A stretch of 64,000 nucleotides of DNA from an uncultured Planctomycetota bacterium (GTDB lineage Bacteria; Planctomycetota; Planctomycetia; Gemmatales; Gemmataceae), in NCBI GenBank assembly GCA_963849325.1, contig CAWKHF010000002.1, positions 64,001-128,000 of the forward strand. Reading direction: 5' to 3'. Both the position numbers and the translations under genes were made by a program. How positions within the stretch are numbered: the stretch's first letter is position 1; each line of letters starts with the position of its first letter. The notes below the pieces were generated by a model, which was not told where the DNA came from, searched no databases, and saw nothing but the letters and a program-made list of their open reading frames with translations. Of the stretch, positions 52,405-62,405 are shown in pieces.

Positions 52405-53982
52405 TCACGGAGGGTCAGCAAGCGACGGCACAGCGTTACACCGATCCTTAATGTTGAATATAGTACGCCTTTGGGAGCTTGGCAATCCCACTTTCTTTAC
52501 CTTAACGGGAAGAAAGCCTGTCCCCAACGGACGTTCGGCGCGAGCCAGGACGGCGGCTCGTTGTTCCGCCGCCGCGGCCCGGGCCGACTGGATGTCCTTG
52601 TCGGTGAACTTGACGCCGATGACGGCCGTGGTGGAGTATTCCTTGTCCTCGATTTTCATCAGGCCGCGGCGGACGCGCACCCGCCAGAACAGCGTCCCAT
52701 GATACGGCTCCTTGACCTTCTCGCCTCGGTTCTCGCCGAAAAGGGTGAGCACCGCCCTGGGATCCTGACCGTCGGTGCAGACGAAGAATTCCTTCTCCTC
52801 ACCGGGCTGGAGGAGTTCCGGCTCGAACGGCTTACGGCCCTGGACCCACTCGCGGCGCTCCTTCTTCGTGCCGCGCGGCAACCATTTGGCCGGTCCGCCG
52901 TAGAAACGATGGTCGCCGGCCTGCAGCTGGGTCAAGGGCGGGTCCATGCCGGCTTTCCAGTAGCGGTCGAAATAATTGTCCAGCGGCGCGAAGGCATACT
53001 CCGACGAGAGGTTTTTCATCGACAGATACAAGACCAGCGAATCGCCGGTGCAGGGTTCGGGCCTTTCGGCGCCTTCCACGAAGACGCTGACGCGCTGACG
53101 TTCCACCCGTGTGGGAGTCACTTGCAGCTCGCCGATGCGGATCGACTCTCCTCTTTTCTTGTCCAGCGCTGTGATCAAATGAGGCGGCAGCGGCGCGGTG
53201 GCGAATTTCGAGTCGTAGTGATAGACGCGGCTGACCTTCTTGCCTTTCTGGACGCCGGGATTGTCGCCTTCGTCGGGCATCATCTCGAAACGGTTGTGCA
53301 GTTTTTGCTCGAGCTCACGCTCATGCCTGTAGAGAAGGACGGCGAAGATGGTAATGACGATGGAATACAGCAGAAGAGGACTGAAGACGAGGATCAGGAA
53401 CCAGGGCGTGCCGGACTCAGCGTGCCGGAGCGGCCGAGGAGCGGACGGAGCGGAGGGGCCGCCGAGCGACTCCGGCTCGGCGGGCGTTGCCGGAGGAGAG
53501 GGCGGCAACGCCTCGGTGATGGTGCCGGTCATCCAGGGCGCGTCGCTGCTGGCCGACGGGAGAATGGCTGTCCCGTCGTCGCGGAAGGGTGACGGCGGCG
53601 CCGCATCCGGCGGCCACAATGGCACGGTCGAGGTCACGGTCGGTTCCGGCAGGGGTTCGGGAGGTCGAACCGAGCTATCCGCCAGGGTCGGCGCGAGCAG
53701 GTCGAGAGGCGGCATCTCGATGCGCGGCGGCTCGGTGTGGCCGAACAGGTCGTCGCTGGGCGCGGGCGGCGAAAAGATGTCGTCGATGTCCGCGGCGGGG
53801 GTGGGCACGTGGATGATCGTCTCGCCCAGGCTGGGGGGAGGCGGAGCGGCTTCGGTCGGAGGTGGCGGCGCGATGACGACTTGCTGACAGTGCGGACAGC
53901 GCACCTGCTGGCCGATGAATTCGCTGACCACCCCCATTAGTTTGCCGCAATGGCCGCATTGAAAATGAATGGTCTGCATCAT
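52405..53982 (-). CDS. Hypothetical zinc-ribbon / Pro-rich / single-TM protein
   Basis: CGHC...CPHC, long Pro-rich linker, one TM helix and a globular C-terminal domain; 3' end uncertain. Confidence 0.72.
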   Translation of the reverse strand: MMQTIHFQCGHCGKLMGVVSEFIGQQVRCPHCQQVVIAPPPPTEAAPPPPSLGETIIHVPTPAADIDDIFSPPAPSDDLFGHTEPPRIEMPPLDLLAPTLADSSVRPPEPLPEPTVTSTVPLWPPDAAPPSPFRDDGTAILPSASSDAPWMTGTITEALPPSPPATPAEPESLGGPSAPSAPRPLRHAESGTPWFLILVFSPLLLYSIVITIFAVLLYRHERELEQKLHNRFEMMPDEGDNPGVQKGKKVSRVYHYDSKFATAPLPPHLITALDKKRGESIRIGELQVTPTRVERQRVSVFVEGAERPEPCTGDSLVLYLSMKNLSSEYAFAPLDNYFDRYWKAGMDPPLTQLQAGDHRFYGGPAKWLPRGTKKERREWVQGRKPFEPELLQPGEEKEFFVCTDGQDPRAVLTLFGENRGEKVKEPYHGTLFWRVRVRRGLMKIEDKEYSTTAVIGVKFTDKDIQSARAAAAEQRAAVLARAERPLGTGFLPVKVKKVGLPSSQRRTIFNIKDRCNAVPSLADPP

Positions 53983-54114
53983 GGCTCCCTGTATGGTTGG
54001 GCGGTTCGTGACATCCGCGGCGCTTCGCCCATCGGTCCAACACCCTTTTCGCCTCGCGCGAACGACCCGACTCGGGACCAGGGCCGCTGCGGAGGCGTTG
54101 AACCCCGAAAGTTT

Positions 54115-54453
54115 TCATGCTTGGCGAGTTAACGCACCGATCTTTGCTCGAATCCGACCAGCCGCATGTTGTTCTTCGGCTGGGTTGCAGTACATGCTGA
54201 TCCCGATATTGGCCAGCTGGAGCTTTTCCCTATCCTCAGCGGACTCCAGCCCCACGATTCGGAAAACGGCAACCTGAAGGGGCGGAGGCAGGTCGATGTA
54301 CGGTCGATCAAACAGGAGCTTGGCGAAGGCGGCAAGTTCCGGCGGCAAGTTCCTCGGCTGGGGCGGTAAGTATCGCCCAAAGGCACTCGTCGTAAGCGGA
54401 ACACGTTTGTTGAGCGTCCGCGACACTGAGGGAGCCAACCGGGCGTTGCCCAT
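54115..54453 (-). CDS. Possible hypothetical protein
   Basis: 112-aa ORF filling the gap downstream of bioD; no recognisable motif. Confidence 0.3.
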   Translation of the reverse strand: MGNARLAPSVSRTLNKRVPLTTSAFGRYLPPQPRNLPPELAAFAKLLFDRPYIDLPPPLQVAVFRIVGLESAEDREKLQLANIGISMYCNPAEEQHAAGRIRAKIGALTRQA

Positions 54454-54498
54454 GTTGGATGACTTTGTCAGCGGCCGAACACAGCATGTTCATGGCCA

Positions 54499-55204
54499 TC
54501 AACCCTCAACCCGATCCCGGCTCCCGACTATTGAGCCAGCCCCCACCAATCGACAGCCGACAATGTTGGGATCTCCGCTGCCCATCGGGCCGGACTGGTG
54601 CGGCAGGACGGCCAGCAGTGGCACGTCGAGTCGCCGGCGCAGCTCCTCGACATTCGTTTCCTCCGCCACGCCTTGCACCGGCGCGGTCGCCGTCACCACG
54701 ACGCCGGCCAGTCGCAGACCGCGCCGCCGCGACGCCTCGACGGTCAACAGCGTGTGATTGAGTGTGCCGAGCGAGCGCCGCGTCACCACGATCAGTGGCA
54801 GGTCCAACTCACGCACCAGGTCGGCGACCGTCTCGCGCTCCGTCAACGGACACAGCAATCCGCCGACGCCCTCGACGAGCACCGTCATTCCACCGGCGGC
54901 GCGGCGGCGAACCGCCGCGGTCAAATCCTCCAGCTTCACGGAGGTCCCGGCGAGGCGAGCCGCCACCGGCGGCGCGGCCGGCGCGGCGAAGGTGAACGGC
55001 GTCACCGCCGCGAGATCCGCATCGCCGGCCGCCTCGGCGAGAAGGCGCGTGTCGTCGCTCCAGCGTCCCTCGGCGCCCGTCGCCACCGGCTTGCAGACGC
55101 GGAAGGAGCGTTGCTGGCGGCGCCAGAATCCGCGCCAGGCCGGCCGTCACGAAGGTCTTGCCGGCGCCGGTGTCGGTCGCGGTGAAGAACAGGCCACGCA
55201 TCAT
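54499..55204 (-). CDS. bioD: Dethiobiotin synthase (frameshift near 55115)
   Basis: TATDTGAGKT, KPVATG, VEGVGG and LGTLNHTLLT motifs. Confidence 0.92.
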
Positions 55205-56558
55205 CGGATCATCGCCTGGACGCAATTGTAAAGCACGTCGCCGAGACGGTCCAGCAGAGGCAGATCGATCGCCAGCGGCGGCATGACGACGACGACATCT
55301 CCCAGCGGCCGCAACAACACGCCTTGTTCGGCGCCAGCCGGCAAAACCGTGCGCCTATCCGCTCCTCGGCCGGGAAGCGCTCTTTCGTTCGCCGATCGCG
55401 CACCAGCTCGATGCCAGCCATCAGCCCCTTCTGTCGGACGTCGCCGACCACCGCGAAGTTCCGCAAGCGCACCAGGTGCGTCCGCAGTCGTTCGACCTTC
55501 TCCGGCAGCGCCGGCAGGCCGTCCGGCGCTTCCAGCAGATCGAGGCTGGCCAGGGCGACGGCGGCGCCGAGCGGGTTGCCGGTATAGGTGTGGCCGTGGA
55601 AGAACGTCCGGCCGGCCTCGGCAGGACCGAGGAAGGCATTGTAGACTTCATCGGTCGTCAGCGTCGCCGCCAGCGGCAGATAGCCGCCGGTCAAGCCCTT
55701 GGCCAAGCACAGGAAATCCGGAGCGACGTCTTCCTGCGTGCAGGCGAACATCGTTCCGGTGCGGCCAAAGCCGACCGCCACCTCGTCGGCGATGAGCAGC
55801 ACCTCATGTCGCTGCGTCACTTCGCGGACGCGCCGCAAATAACCGTCCGGCGCCGTAATCATGCCGGCCGCCCCCTGCACCAGCGGTTCGATCACCACGG
55901 CCGCCAGCGTGTCCGCGTTCCGGCACACCAGGTCTTCCAGCTCGTCGGCGCAGTCCATGCGGCAGCGCGAGCGTTCCAGACCGAGCGGGCAACGATAGCA
56001 GTAGGGAGAGGGAGCGCGCACCGTCGGGAACAAGAGCGGGGCGAAAAGGTGGTGAAAGCGGGCCACGTCGCCGACACTGACGTCGCCGAGCGTGTCGCCG
56101 TGATAGGCGCCGTGCAGGGCGAGGAAGCGCGTCTTCTCCGGACGTGGGCGCGGGCATTGCCGCCAGTATTGAAACGCCATTTTCAGCGCCACCTCGACCG
56201 CCGTGGCGCCGTCGTCGGAATAAAAGACGTGATTCAACCCCGGCGGCGCCAGCTCGACGAGGCGGCGCGCCAGCCGGATGGCCGGCACGTTGCTGAGTCC
56301 CAGCAAGGTGCTGTGGGCCACGGCGTCGAGTTGCTCGCGCAGGGCGGCGTCGAGCTGCGGCACGCGATGGCCGTGGACGTTGCACCACAGCGAGGACACG
56401 CCGTCGAGATACTCCCGGCCATCCAGGTCGATGAGGAAGCAGCCGCGCGCGGCGGCGATGACGAGCGGTTTTTCGGCGGCGTAAGCCTGCATGGGCGTGA
56501 ACGGATGCCAGACGTGCTCGCGGTCCCACTGTTCGAGCTGCTCGCGGCTGGGAATCAT
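55201..56558 (-). CDS. bioA: Adenosylmethionine-8-amino-7-oxononanoate aminotransferase (frameshift near 55330)
   Basis: VWHPFT, DGVSSLWCNVHGH, YHGDT, DEVAVGFGRTG, AKGLTGGYLP and FFHGHTYTGNP motifs. Confidence 0.95.
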
Positions 56559-56607
56559 GTCGTTACTATAAAGGATAGGGGAAGCAACCTCTACCCGCCC
56601 ATCTCCG

Positions 56608-56670
56608 TTTAGCCGCGACGCGCAGCGGAGCGCGGGTTGCTCCCGCGCTCCGCTGCGCGTCGCGGCTAAA
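56608..56670. repeat. Family A palindromic repeat
   Basis: Arms match the copy at 35041. Confidence 0.9.
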
Positions 56671-56721
56671 TAAACGCAGAGCAGGCAGGCGGAAATTACG
56701 GAACGGAAGAGCGATTCACCC

Positions 56722-56750
56722 TTGACAGTGGTTGGGGGTGCCACTACTTT
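56722..56750 (+). promoter_or_regulatory. Sigma70 promoter of the S10 operon
   Basis: TTGACA-17 bp-TACTTT. Confidence 0.8.
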
Positions 56751-56804
56751 AACACTCTTCGCTACGAAGGGATGAGGACGGCATAACGACGCGAGGAGTC
56801 AGCG

Positions 56805-57149
56805 GTGGCGGGCCAGAATTTTACGAGTGAACGCATCCGCATTCGGATGGAAGCCTACGATCACGAAGTGCTGGATCGCACCGCGCAGGAGATCGTGGAC
56901 ACGGCGGAAAAGACCGGCGCCATGGTGCATGGCCCGATTCCTCTGCCGACCCGCATCGAACGGTACACCGTGCTGCGGAGTCCGCACATTGACCGCAAAT
57001 CGCGCGAGCAGTTTGAAATCCGCACGCACAAGCGTTTGGTGGACATTCTGCAGCCGACCGGCAAGACCATCGAAGCGCTCAACAAGGGTCTGAGCCTGCC
57101 GCCCGGCGTGGACATCAAGATCCGCGTCCTGGCCGGGACGGCCTCCTGA
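56805..57149 (+). CDS. rpsJ: 30S ribosomal protein S10
   Basis: GPIPLPT and [21 protein letters not shown] motifs. Confidence 0.98.
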   Translation: MAGQNFTSERIRIRMEAYDHEVLDRTAQEIVDTAEKTGAMVHGPIPLPTRIERYTVLRSPHIDRKSREQFEIRTHKRLVDILQPTGKTIEALNKGLSLPPGVDIKIRVLAGTAS

Positions 57150-57286
57150 GCGCGGCCGACTCGTCTCGATCCATTGGCGTGCCGCGAAACGGTCCCTCGA
57201 CTGGGGGATGCGTCGGGCCGAGTAATAGCGGCGACACGTTTGCGGACTGGCATTTCCTCCGAAGACGTTCGGAGGAGGGTTGAAAC

Positions 57287-57937
57287 ATGCTGACATTGAA
57301 CGTTTACAATCGGCAGGGCGATTCGGTCGGCACGGTGCAGGTGGACCCCGACGAGTTCGGCGGCACCGTCAACAAGCAACTGCTGCACGACGTTGTCGTG
57401 ATGCACCTGGCCAACCAGCGTGCCGGCACGCACTCGACGCTGCGGCGCGGCGAGGTGTCCGGCAGCACCAAGAAACTGTTCCGCCAGAAGGGCACCGGCA
57501 ACGCCCGCGTCGGTCCCCGGCGCACCAACAAGCGCCGCGGCGGCGGCACCAGCAAAGGTCCGAAGCCGCGCGACTACGAATATCATCTGCCCAAGAAGGC
57601 CGTCCGCGCCGCCACCCGCATGGCCATCCTCAGCAAGTTCCAGGACAACGAAGCCCTCATCCTCGACGACCTGGCCCTGACCGAGATCAAGACCAAGCAG
57701 GTCGCCGGTCTGCTCAAGGCGCTGAAGCTGCAAGGCACGACTTGCCTGGTGGGCACCAAGGACTACGACAAAAACGTGTATCTGTCGTCGCGCAACATCC
57801 CGGAAGTCGAGGTGCTGCCGGCGTCGCAGTTCAACGCCTACACCGTGCTGCGGCAAAAACGACTGCTTTTGACCCGTGCCGCGCTGGACGAGTTGCGTCA
57901 AGGCAGTTCCAAGGCCAAGAGAGCGGAAGCGAAGTAA
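57287..57937 (+). CDS. rplD: 50S ribosomal protein L4
   Basis: [21 protein letters not shown] and GGG...GPKPR motifs. Confidence 0.97.
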   Translation: MLTLNVYNRQGDSVGTVQVDPDEFGGTVNKQLLHDVVVMHLANQRAGTHSTLRRGEVSGSTKKLFRQKGTGNARVGPRRTNKRRGGGTSKGPKPRDYEYHLPKKAVRAATRMAILSKFQDNEALILDDLALTEIKTKQVAGLLKALKLQGTTCLVGTKDYDKNVYLSSRNIPEVEVLPASQFNAYTVLRQKRLLLTRAALDELRQGSSKAKRAEAK

Positions 57938-57948
57938 GGGGACCCGAC

Positions 57949-58290
57949 ATGGCCAACATCCGGGAGCGCACGCGCGGGCCGAAGCTGGAAGCGTACCAGA
58001 TCATCATTCGCCCACTCATCACCGAGAAGGGCACGCACCAGTCGCAGCACAAGAGCGAGAAGCGCGAACACTGGGCGCCGGCGTACTCGTTCGAGGTCAA
58101 TCCGTGGGCGACCAAGACCGAGATCAAGGCCGCCGTCGAGGAATTGTTCAGCGTGCGCGTGGACAAGGTTCGCACGCAGAATCGTCTGGGCAAGCACCGC
58201 CGCTACCGCTTCAAGATGGGTCGGTTGTCCAACTGGAAGAAGGCCATTGTCACGCTGCACCCGGACAGCCCGGTGATCGAGTTCTTCTAA
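57949..58290 (+). CDS. rplW: 50S ribosomal protein L23
   Basis: [20 protein letters not shown] and WKKAIVTL motifs. Confidence 0.96.
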   Translation: MANIRERTRGPKLEAYQIIIRPLITEKGTHQSQHKSEKREHWAPAYSFEVNPWATKTEIKAAVEELFSVRVDKVRTQNRLGKHRRYRFKMGRLSNWKKAIVTLHPDSPVIEFF

Positions 58291-58291
58291 T

Positions 58292-58363
58292 AGCTCTCAG
58301 CGATCAGCGGTCAGCAATCAGCAAAACAAAAGCTGACCGCTGATCGCTGAGAGCTGACCGCTT
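58292..58363. repeat. Heptamer-unit (tcagcgN)n inverted element
   Basis: ctcagcgatcagcggtcagc / gctgaccgctgatcgctgag. Confidence 0.8.
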
Positions 58364-58374
58364 TGAGGTGAAGC

Positions 58375-59232
58375 ATGGGCATCCGCCAATACAAACCGAC
58401 GACGCCGGGCCGGCGCCAGGGATCGGTCAGCGATTTCGCGGACATCACCGATCGCAAAAAGAAGCCGGAGAAGTCCCTGCTTCGGCCCAAGCCCAAGAAG
58501 GGCGGCCGCAACCATCACGGCATCGTTTGTACCCGCTTCCGTGGCGGCGGCCACAAGCAGAGGTATCGCGTCATCGACTTCAAGCGCAAGAAGGACGGCG
58601 TTTGGGCCACGGTCGTGGCCATCGAGTACGATCCCAACCGCTCGTCGCGCATCGCCCTGTTGCAGTACGAGGACGGCGAGAAGACGTACATCCTGGCCCC
58701 CGAGGGGTTGAAGGCGGGCGATCGCATCATCAGCGGTGAGGAGGATGTCGAGCCGCGCGTCGGCAACTGCATGCCGCTGCGGAAAATCCCGCTCGGCATG
58801 ACGGTCCACAACCTGGAGATCCAGCCGGGCCATGGCGGACAGGTGTGCCGCAGCGCCGGCACCGGCGCGACGCTGACCGCCCGCGAAGGGCGTTGGGCCC
58901 AGATCACGCTGCCCTCCGGCGAAGTGCGGCGCGTCAGCTCGGAGTGCCGGGCGACGATCGGCGCGATCGGCAACGCCGATCACATGACCGTCAGCCTGGG
59001 CAAGGCCGGCCGCAAACGCTGGATGGGCCGTAAACCGCACAACCGCGGTACGTCGATGAACCCGGTCAGCCATCCGATGGGCGGCGGCGAAGGCCGCACC
59101 GCCGGCGGACGCCACCCGTGCAGCCCCACCGGCGTGCTCGCCAAGGGCGGCAAGACGCGCAAGAAACGCAAGCCGTCCAACAGCGCCATCATCCGCCGGC
59201 GCCGGCCGGGACCGCACTACGCCACGAGTTGA
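58375..59232 (+). CDS. rplB: 50S ribosomal protein L2
   Basis: EYDPNRS, LPSGE and [12 protein letters not shown] motifs. Confidence 0.98.
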   Translation: MGIRQYKPTTPGRRQGSVSDFADITDRKKKPEKSLLRPKPKKGGRNHHGIVCTRFRGGGHKQRYRVIDFKRKKDGVWATVVAIEYDPNRSSRIALLQYEDGEKTYILAPEGLKAGDRIISGEEDVEPRVGNCMPLRKIPLGMTVHNLEIQPGHGGQVCRSAGTGATLTAREGRWAQITLPSGEVRRVSSECRATIGAIGNADHMTVSLGKAGRKRWMGRKPHNRGTSMNPVSHPMGGGEGRTAGGRHPCSPTGVLAKGGKTRKKRKPSNSAIIRRRRPGPHYATS

Positions 59233-59305
59233 TGTCCCGGTTTCGTGGACACTGGACACGATTGGGAAACGCCCTATAATTTTTACTTCCCGCCCGGAGG
59301 GAGCG

Positions 59306-59578
59306 ATGAGCCGGTCTCTCAAAAAAGGCCCCTACGTGGACGAACGCCTGATCGCCAAGGTCGAGCGCAACCAGCGCACGGGCAACCGAGAGCCGATCAA
59401 GACGTGGTTGCGCGACTGCACGATCGTGCCCGAGTTCGTCCAGATGACGTTCCTCATTCACAACGGCAAGAACTTCCTTCGCCTGTACGTGACCGAGGAC
59501 ATGGTTGGCCACAAGCTCGGCGAATTTTCGCCAACGCGGATCTTCAAAGGGCACAGCGGCGGCAAGGGCAAGAAGTAA
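59306..59578 (+). CDS. rpsS: 30S ribosomal protein S19
   Basis: RSLKKGPY and [13 protein letters not shown] motifs. Confidence 0.98.
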   Translation: MSRSLKKGPYVDERLIAKVERNQRTGNREPIKTWLRDCTIVPEFVQMTFLIHNGKNFLRLYVTEDMVGHKLGEFSPTRIFKGHSGGKGKK

Positions 59579-59583
59579 TGGAT

Positions 59584-59655
59584 CCCGGGGTGGAGCAGTG
59601 GTAGCTCGCCAGGCTCATAACCTGGAGGTCGCTGGTTCGAGTCCAGCCCCCGGAA
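59584..59655 (+). tRNA. tRNA-Met (CAT), initiator type
   Basis: Cloverleaf CCCGGGG-TG-GAGC AGTGGTA GCTC-G-CCAGG CTCATAA CCTGG-AGGTC-GCTGG TTCGAGT CCAGC-CCCCGGA-A; C1:A72 mismatch and A11:U24 pair; CCA not encoded. Confidence 0.93.
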
Positions 59656-59660
59656 ATGAC

Positions 59661-60029
59661 TTACGACAAATGAATGATGCCTGCGTGAAGCTTGGCGTGA
59701 CAGTTATGGCACAGGCAAACGCACTTGGCTAATTCGGCGGCGAGACGAGTGAGAGAAATAGCCCGAGCATAGGCGTTGCCAATGCTGAATTCCTTCTTAG
59801 CTGGTTCTCGGTGGTGGAAGCTCAGGCAGCAAGGTTCTTTCTCTCCGCAGAGAGTACAGCCGCCCGCCTTGGCTTCGCTGATTCGTTGCTGAATCACCAC
59901 ACGAGCTTTGGCTTTGTTCATTTGCACAGCCCGGCGTTGGGCTTGTCGGTACTCCGGATCGGTTTGATAACGGATTCGCATGTATTCGGCTATCTTGGCG
60001 CGGCGGACGACAGGATCCTTGTAAGGCAT
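59661..60029 (-). CDS. HNH endonuclease (zinc-binding McrA-like)
   Basis: CTLCGE...LSFHHREP..KEFSI...ELAKCVCLCHNCHAKLH; GGAGG RBS; visibly lower GC than the flanks. Confidence 0.88.
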   Translation of the reverse strand: MPYKDPVVRRAKIAEYMRIRYQTDPEYRQAQRRAVQMNKAKARVVIQQRISEAKAGGCTLCGEKEPCCLSFHHREPAKKEFSIGNAYARAISLTRLAAELAKCVCLCHNCHAKLHAGIIHLS

Positions 60030-60133
60030 GGGGAACCCTCCAAAATGGTTCCCCATAGTATACGCGGGACAGGGGTAAAGCCTACTAGCGAAAGCCGTGT
60101 GGCCTCGGCCGCATAACGGGTGGAACGACAGTC

Positions 60134-60483
60134 ATGGAATACAAAGCCAGTCATCGTCATGCCGACATGTCGCCGCGGAAGATTCGGCCGTTCGCCACGC
60201 TCATCCGCGGCCGCTCCGCCGACGAGCGCTGGAATTGTTGCGCTTCCTGCCCAACAAGAGCGCGCGTCTGCTGGAGCAGGTGCTCAAGAGCGCCCTGGGC
60301 AACGCCGAGGATCGCGGCGCCCGCGACATCGACGACCTTGTTGTCATCGAGTCGTGCGTGGATGGCGGGCCGATCATGAAACGGATCATGCCGCGAGCGC
60401 GCGGTACGGCATACCCGATCAAACGGCGTTATTCGCACATTCGCGTGACGCTGTCGGACCTGGAAGAAACTGCCGGGACGTAA
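60134..60483 (+). CDS. rplV: 50S ribosomal protein L22 (frameshift near 60228)
   Basis: SPRKIR, LKSALGNAE and KR.MPRARG.A..I..R.SHI.V motifs. Confidence 0.95.
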
Positions 60484-60516
60484 GACGAACCATCAGGCGG
60501 CGAGCAGGGGAAGCTT

Positions 60517-61212
60517 ATGGGACAGAAGATTCGACCGACGGGCTTTCGTACCGGCATCATGGTCGATTGGCTGAGCCACTGGTACGCCAGCAAGCAGGAC
60601 TTCTCGGACCTCCTCATCGAGGACACGAAGATCCGCAAGTTCGTCAAGAAGCGTTACGGCGGCTCGGGCATCTCGAAGATCCGCATTCAGCGGACGCGCG
60701 AAAAGGTGACGGTGTTCATTCACTCCGCTCGCGTCGGCATGATTATCGGCAAGAAGGGCCAGGAAGTCGATAAGCTCACCAAGGACCTGGAAAACCTGAC
60801 CGGCCGCCACATCGAAGTCAAGACGATGGAGGTCAACCGGCCGGAGAGAGACCCGCAGTTGGTGGCGGAAGACATCCGCGAGCAGTTGCAGAAGCGGGCC
60901 AGCTTCCGGCGGACGATGAAGCGGGCCATCGACACAACGATGGAGGCGGGGGCCAAGGGCATTCGCATCCAGATGTCCGGCCGGCTGGGCGGCTCGGAAA
61001 TGGCTCGGACGGAGAGCAGCATGGCCGGCAGCATCCCGCTGTCCACACTGCGGGCCAAGGTCGAATACGGCTTTGCCGAGGCCAGGACCGCCCAGGGCCA
61101 CATCGGCATCAAGGTGTGGGTCAACAATGGCGATTACCTGTCGCCCGAAGAGCCGAGCGAGGCCGCTCCGCCGCCGCCACGCGGACGCGGACGCGGACCC
61201 AGACGCGGTTGA
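60517..61212 (+). CDS. rpsC: 30S ribosomal protein S3
   Basis: MGQK, SGRLGG.EMAR.E and PLSTLRA motifs. Confidence 0.98.
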   Translation: MGQKIRPTGFRTGIMVDWLSHWYASKQDFSDLLIEDTKIRKFVKKRYGGSGISKIRIQRTREKVTVFIHSARVGMIIGKKGQEVDKLTKDLENLTGRHIEVKTMEVNRPERDPQLVAEDIREQLQKRASFRRTMKRAIDTTMEAGAKGIRIQMSGRLGGSEMARTESSMAGSIPLSTLRAKVEYGFAEARTAQGHIGIKVWVNNGDYLSPEEPSEAAPPPPRGRGRGPRRG

Positions 61213-61231
61213 GCGAACCGAGCCGCGATCA

Positions 61232-61289
61232 TCCGAGCCGCGACCGTCAGGGAGCGGTTGTTCCCGCTCCCTAACGGTCGCGGCTCGGA
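61232..61289. repeat. Family D palindromic repeat inside the S10 operon
   Basis: ccgagccgcgaccgtcagggagcgg / ccgctccctaacggtcgcggctcgg, with partial flanking duplicates. Confidence 0.88.
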
Positions 61290-61326
61290 CGGTCGCGGTT
61301 TCAGACAGAAGCGGAGGAGAACCATC

Positions 61327-61752
61327 ATGCCCCTGATGCCGAAGCGGGTCAAGTTCCGCAAAACGCAGCGCGGCAAGGTACGCGGCAACGCCTGCCGCGG
61401 CAACACGGTCAGCCACGGCGATTTCGGTCTGCAAGCCATCGAGGGCGGCTGGCTCAGCGCCGAGGCCATCGAGGCCGGCCGTATCACCGCCACGCACTCG
61501 GTGCGTGGCGAGGGTCGGCTGTACATCCGCGTCTTTCCGCACAAGTCGGTGACGGCCATCCCCGCCGAGACGCGCATGGGCAAGGGCAAGGGCGAGCCGG
61601 AATACTGGGCGGCGGTCATCAAGCCGGGCATGATCCTGTACGAGATCGGCGGTCTGCCGGAGGCGGCGGCCCGCGACGCCCTGGCCCGCGTCGCCTACAA
61701 GATGCCGTTCCGCTGCCGTTTCGTGTCGCGGCGGCCGACTGTCGGACGATAA
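61327..61752 (+). CDS. rplP: 50S ribosomal protein L16
   Basis: PKRVKFRK, IEAGR and ETRMGKGKG motifs. Confidence 0.98.
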   Translation: MPLMPKRVKFRKTQRGKVRGNACRGNTVSHGDFGLQAIEGGWLSAEAIEAGRITATHSVRGEGRLYIRVFPHKSVTAIPAETRMGKGKGEPEYWAAVIKPGMILYEIGGLPEAAARDALARVAYKMPFRCRFVSRRPTVGR

Positions 61753-61770
61753 CGCGAGGGAGAGGGACCG

Positions 61771-61999
61771 ATGAAGCCGGCTGAATTTCGCGGCCAGAGC
61801 GACGAACACCTGGCCCTGACGCTCAAGGAAACCGTCAAGAACCTGTTCCACCTGCGTTTCCAGTCGGCCACCGAACGCCTGGAGACGCCCAGCGAAATCC
61901 GCAAGGCGCAAGCAAGACGTCGCCCGCATCAAGACCATCCAGCGCGAACGCGAGTTGGCCGCCCAGAAGACCGCCGAGGGAGCGAAGAGCAATGGCTGA
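61771..61999 (+). CDS. rpmC: 50S ribosomal protein L29 (frameshift near 61908)
   Basis: LFHLRFQ...LE.P..IR, then [10 protein letters not shown] in the shifted frame. Confidence 0.92.
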
Positions 62000-62324
62000 G
62001 GCAAGCAGCAGCGAACCACGAGGCAAGCGGCGCGTTGAAGTTGGCGTCGTCACCAGCGATAAGATGAGCAAAACTCGTCGCGTCGAGATCCCGCGCCTGG
62101 TCAAGCATCCGCGTTACGGCAAATACATTCGCCGCCGCACCGTCTGCCACGTCCACGACGAAAGCAACGAGTCGCGCCTGGGCGACACGGTCGAGATCAT
62201 GGAGACGCGGCCGCTGTCCAAGACCAAGAACTGGCGGCTGGTGCGCGTCGTGACCAAGGCGCCGGCGCTGCCGTCGCATCACCCAGAGCAGACCCCGGCG
62301 CCCGAGCCGGCGACGACGGGTTGA
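61992..62324 (+). CDS. rpsQ: 30S ribosomal protein S17
   Basis: [16 protein letters not shown] and [11 protein letters not shown] motifs. Confidence 0.97.
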   Translation: MAEASSSEPRGKRRVEVGVVTSDKMSKTRRVEIPRLVKHPRYGKYIRRRTVCHVHDESNESRLGDTVEIMETRPLSKTKNWRLVRVVTKAPALPSHHPEQTPAPEPATTG

Positions 62325-62405
62325 TGAGCATTTACGTGTGATTGCCGCCCGTCGCTGGCGCTTCGGGCTGGGGTAGGTGGTGAATGAGAAGGATCGGATC
62401 GCGTC

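Noticed and set aside
59584-60133. Group I intron or integrative element at the tRNA
   Set aside because: The tRNA is uninterrupted, I see no duplicated tRNA 3' end, and there is no integrase or intron core.
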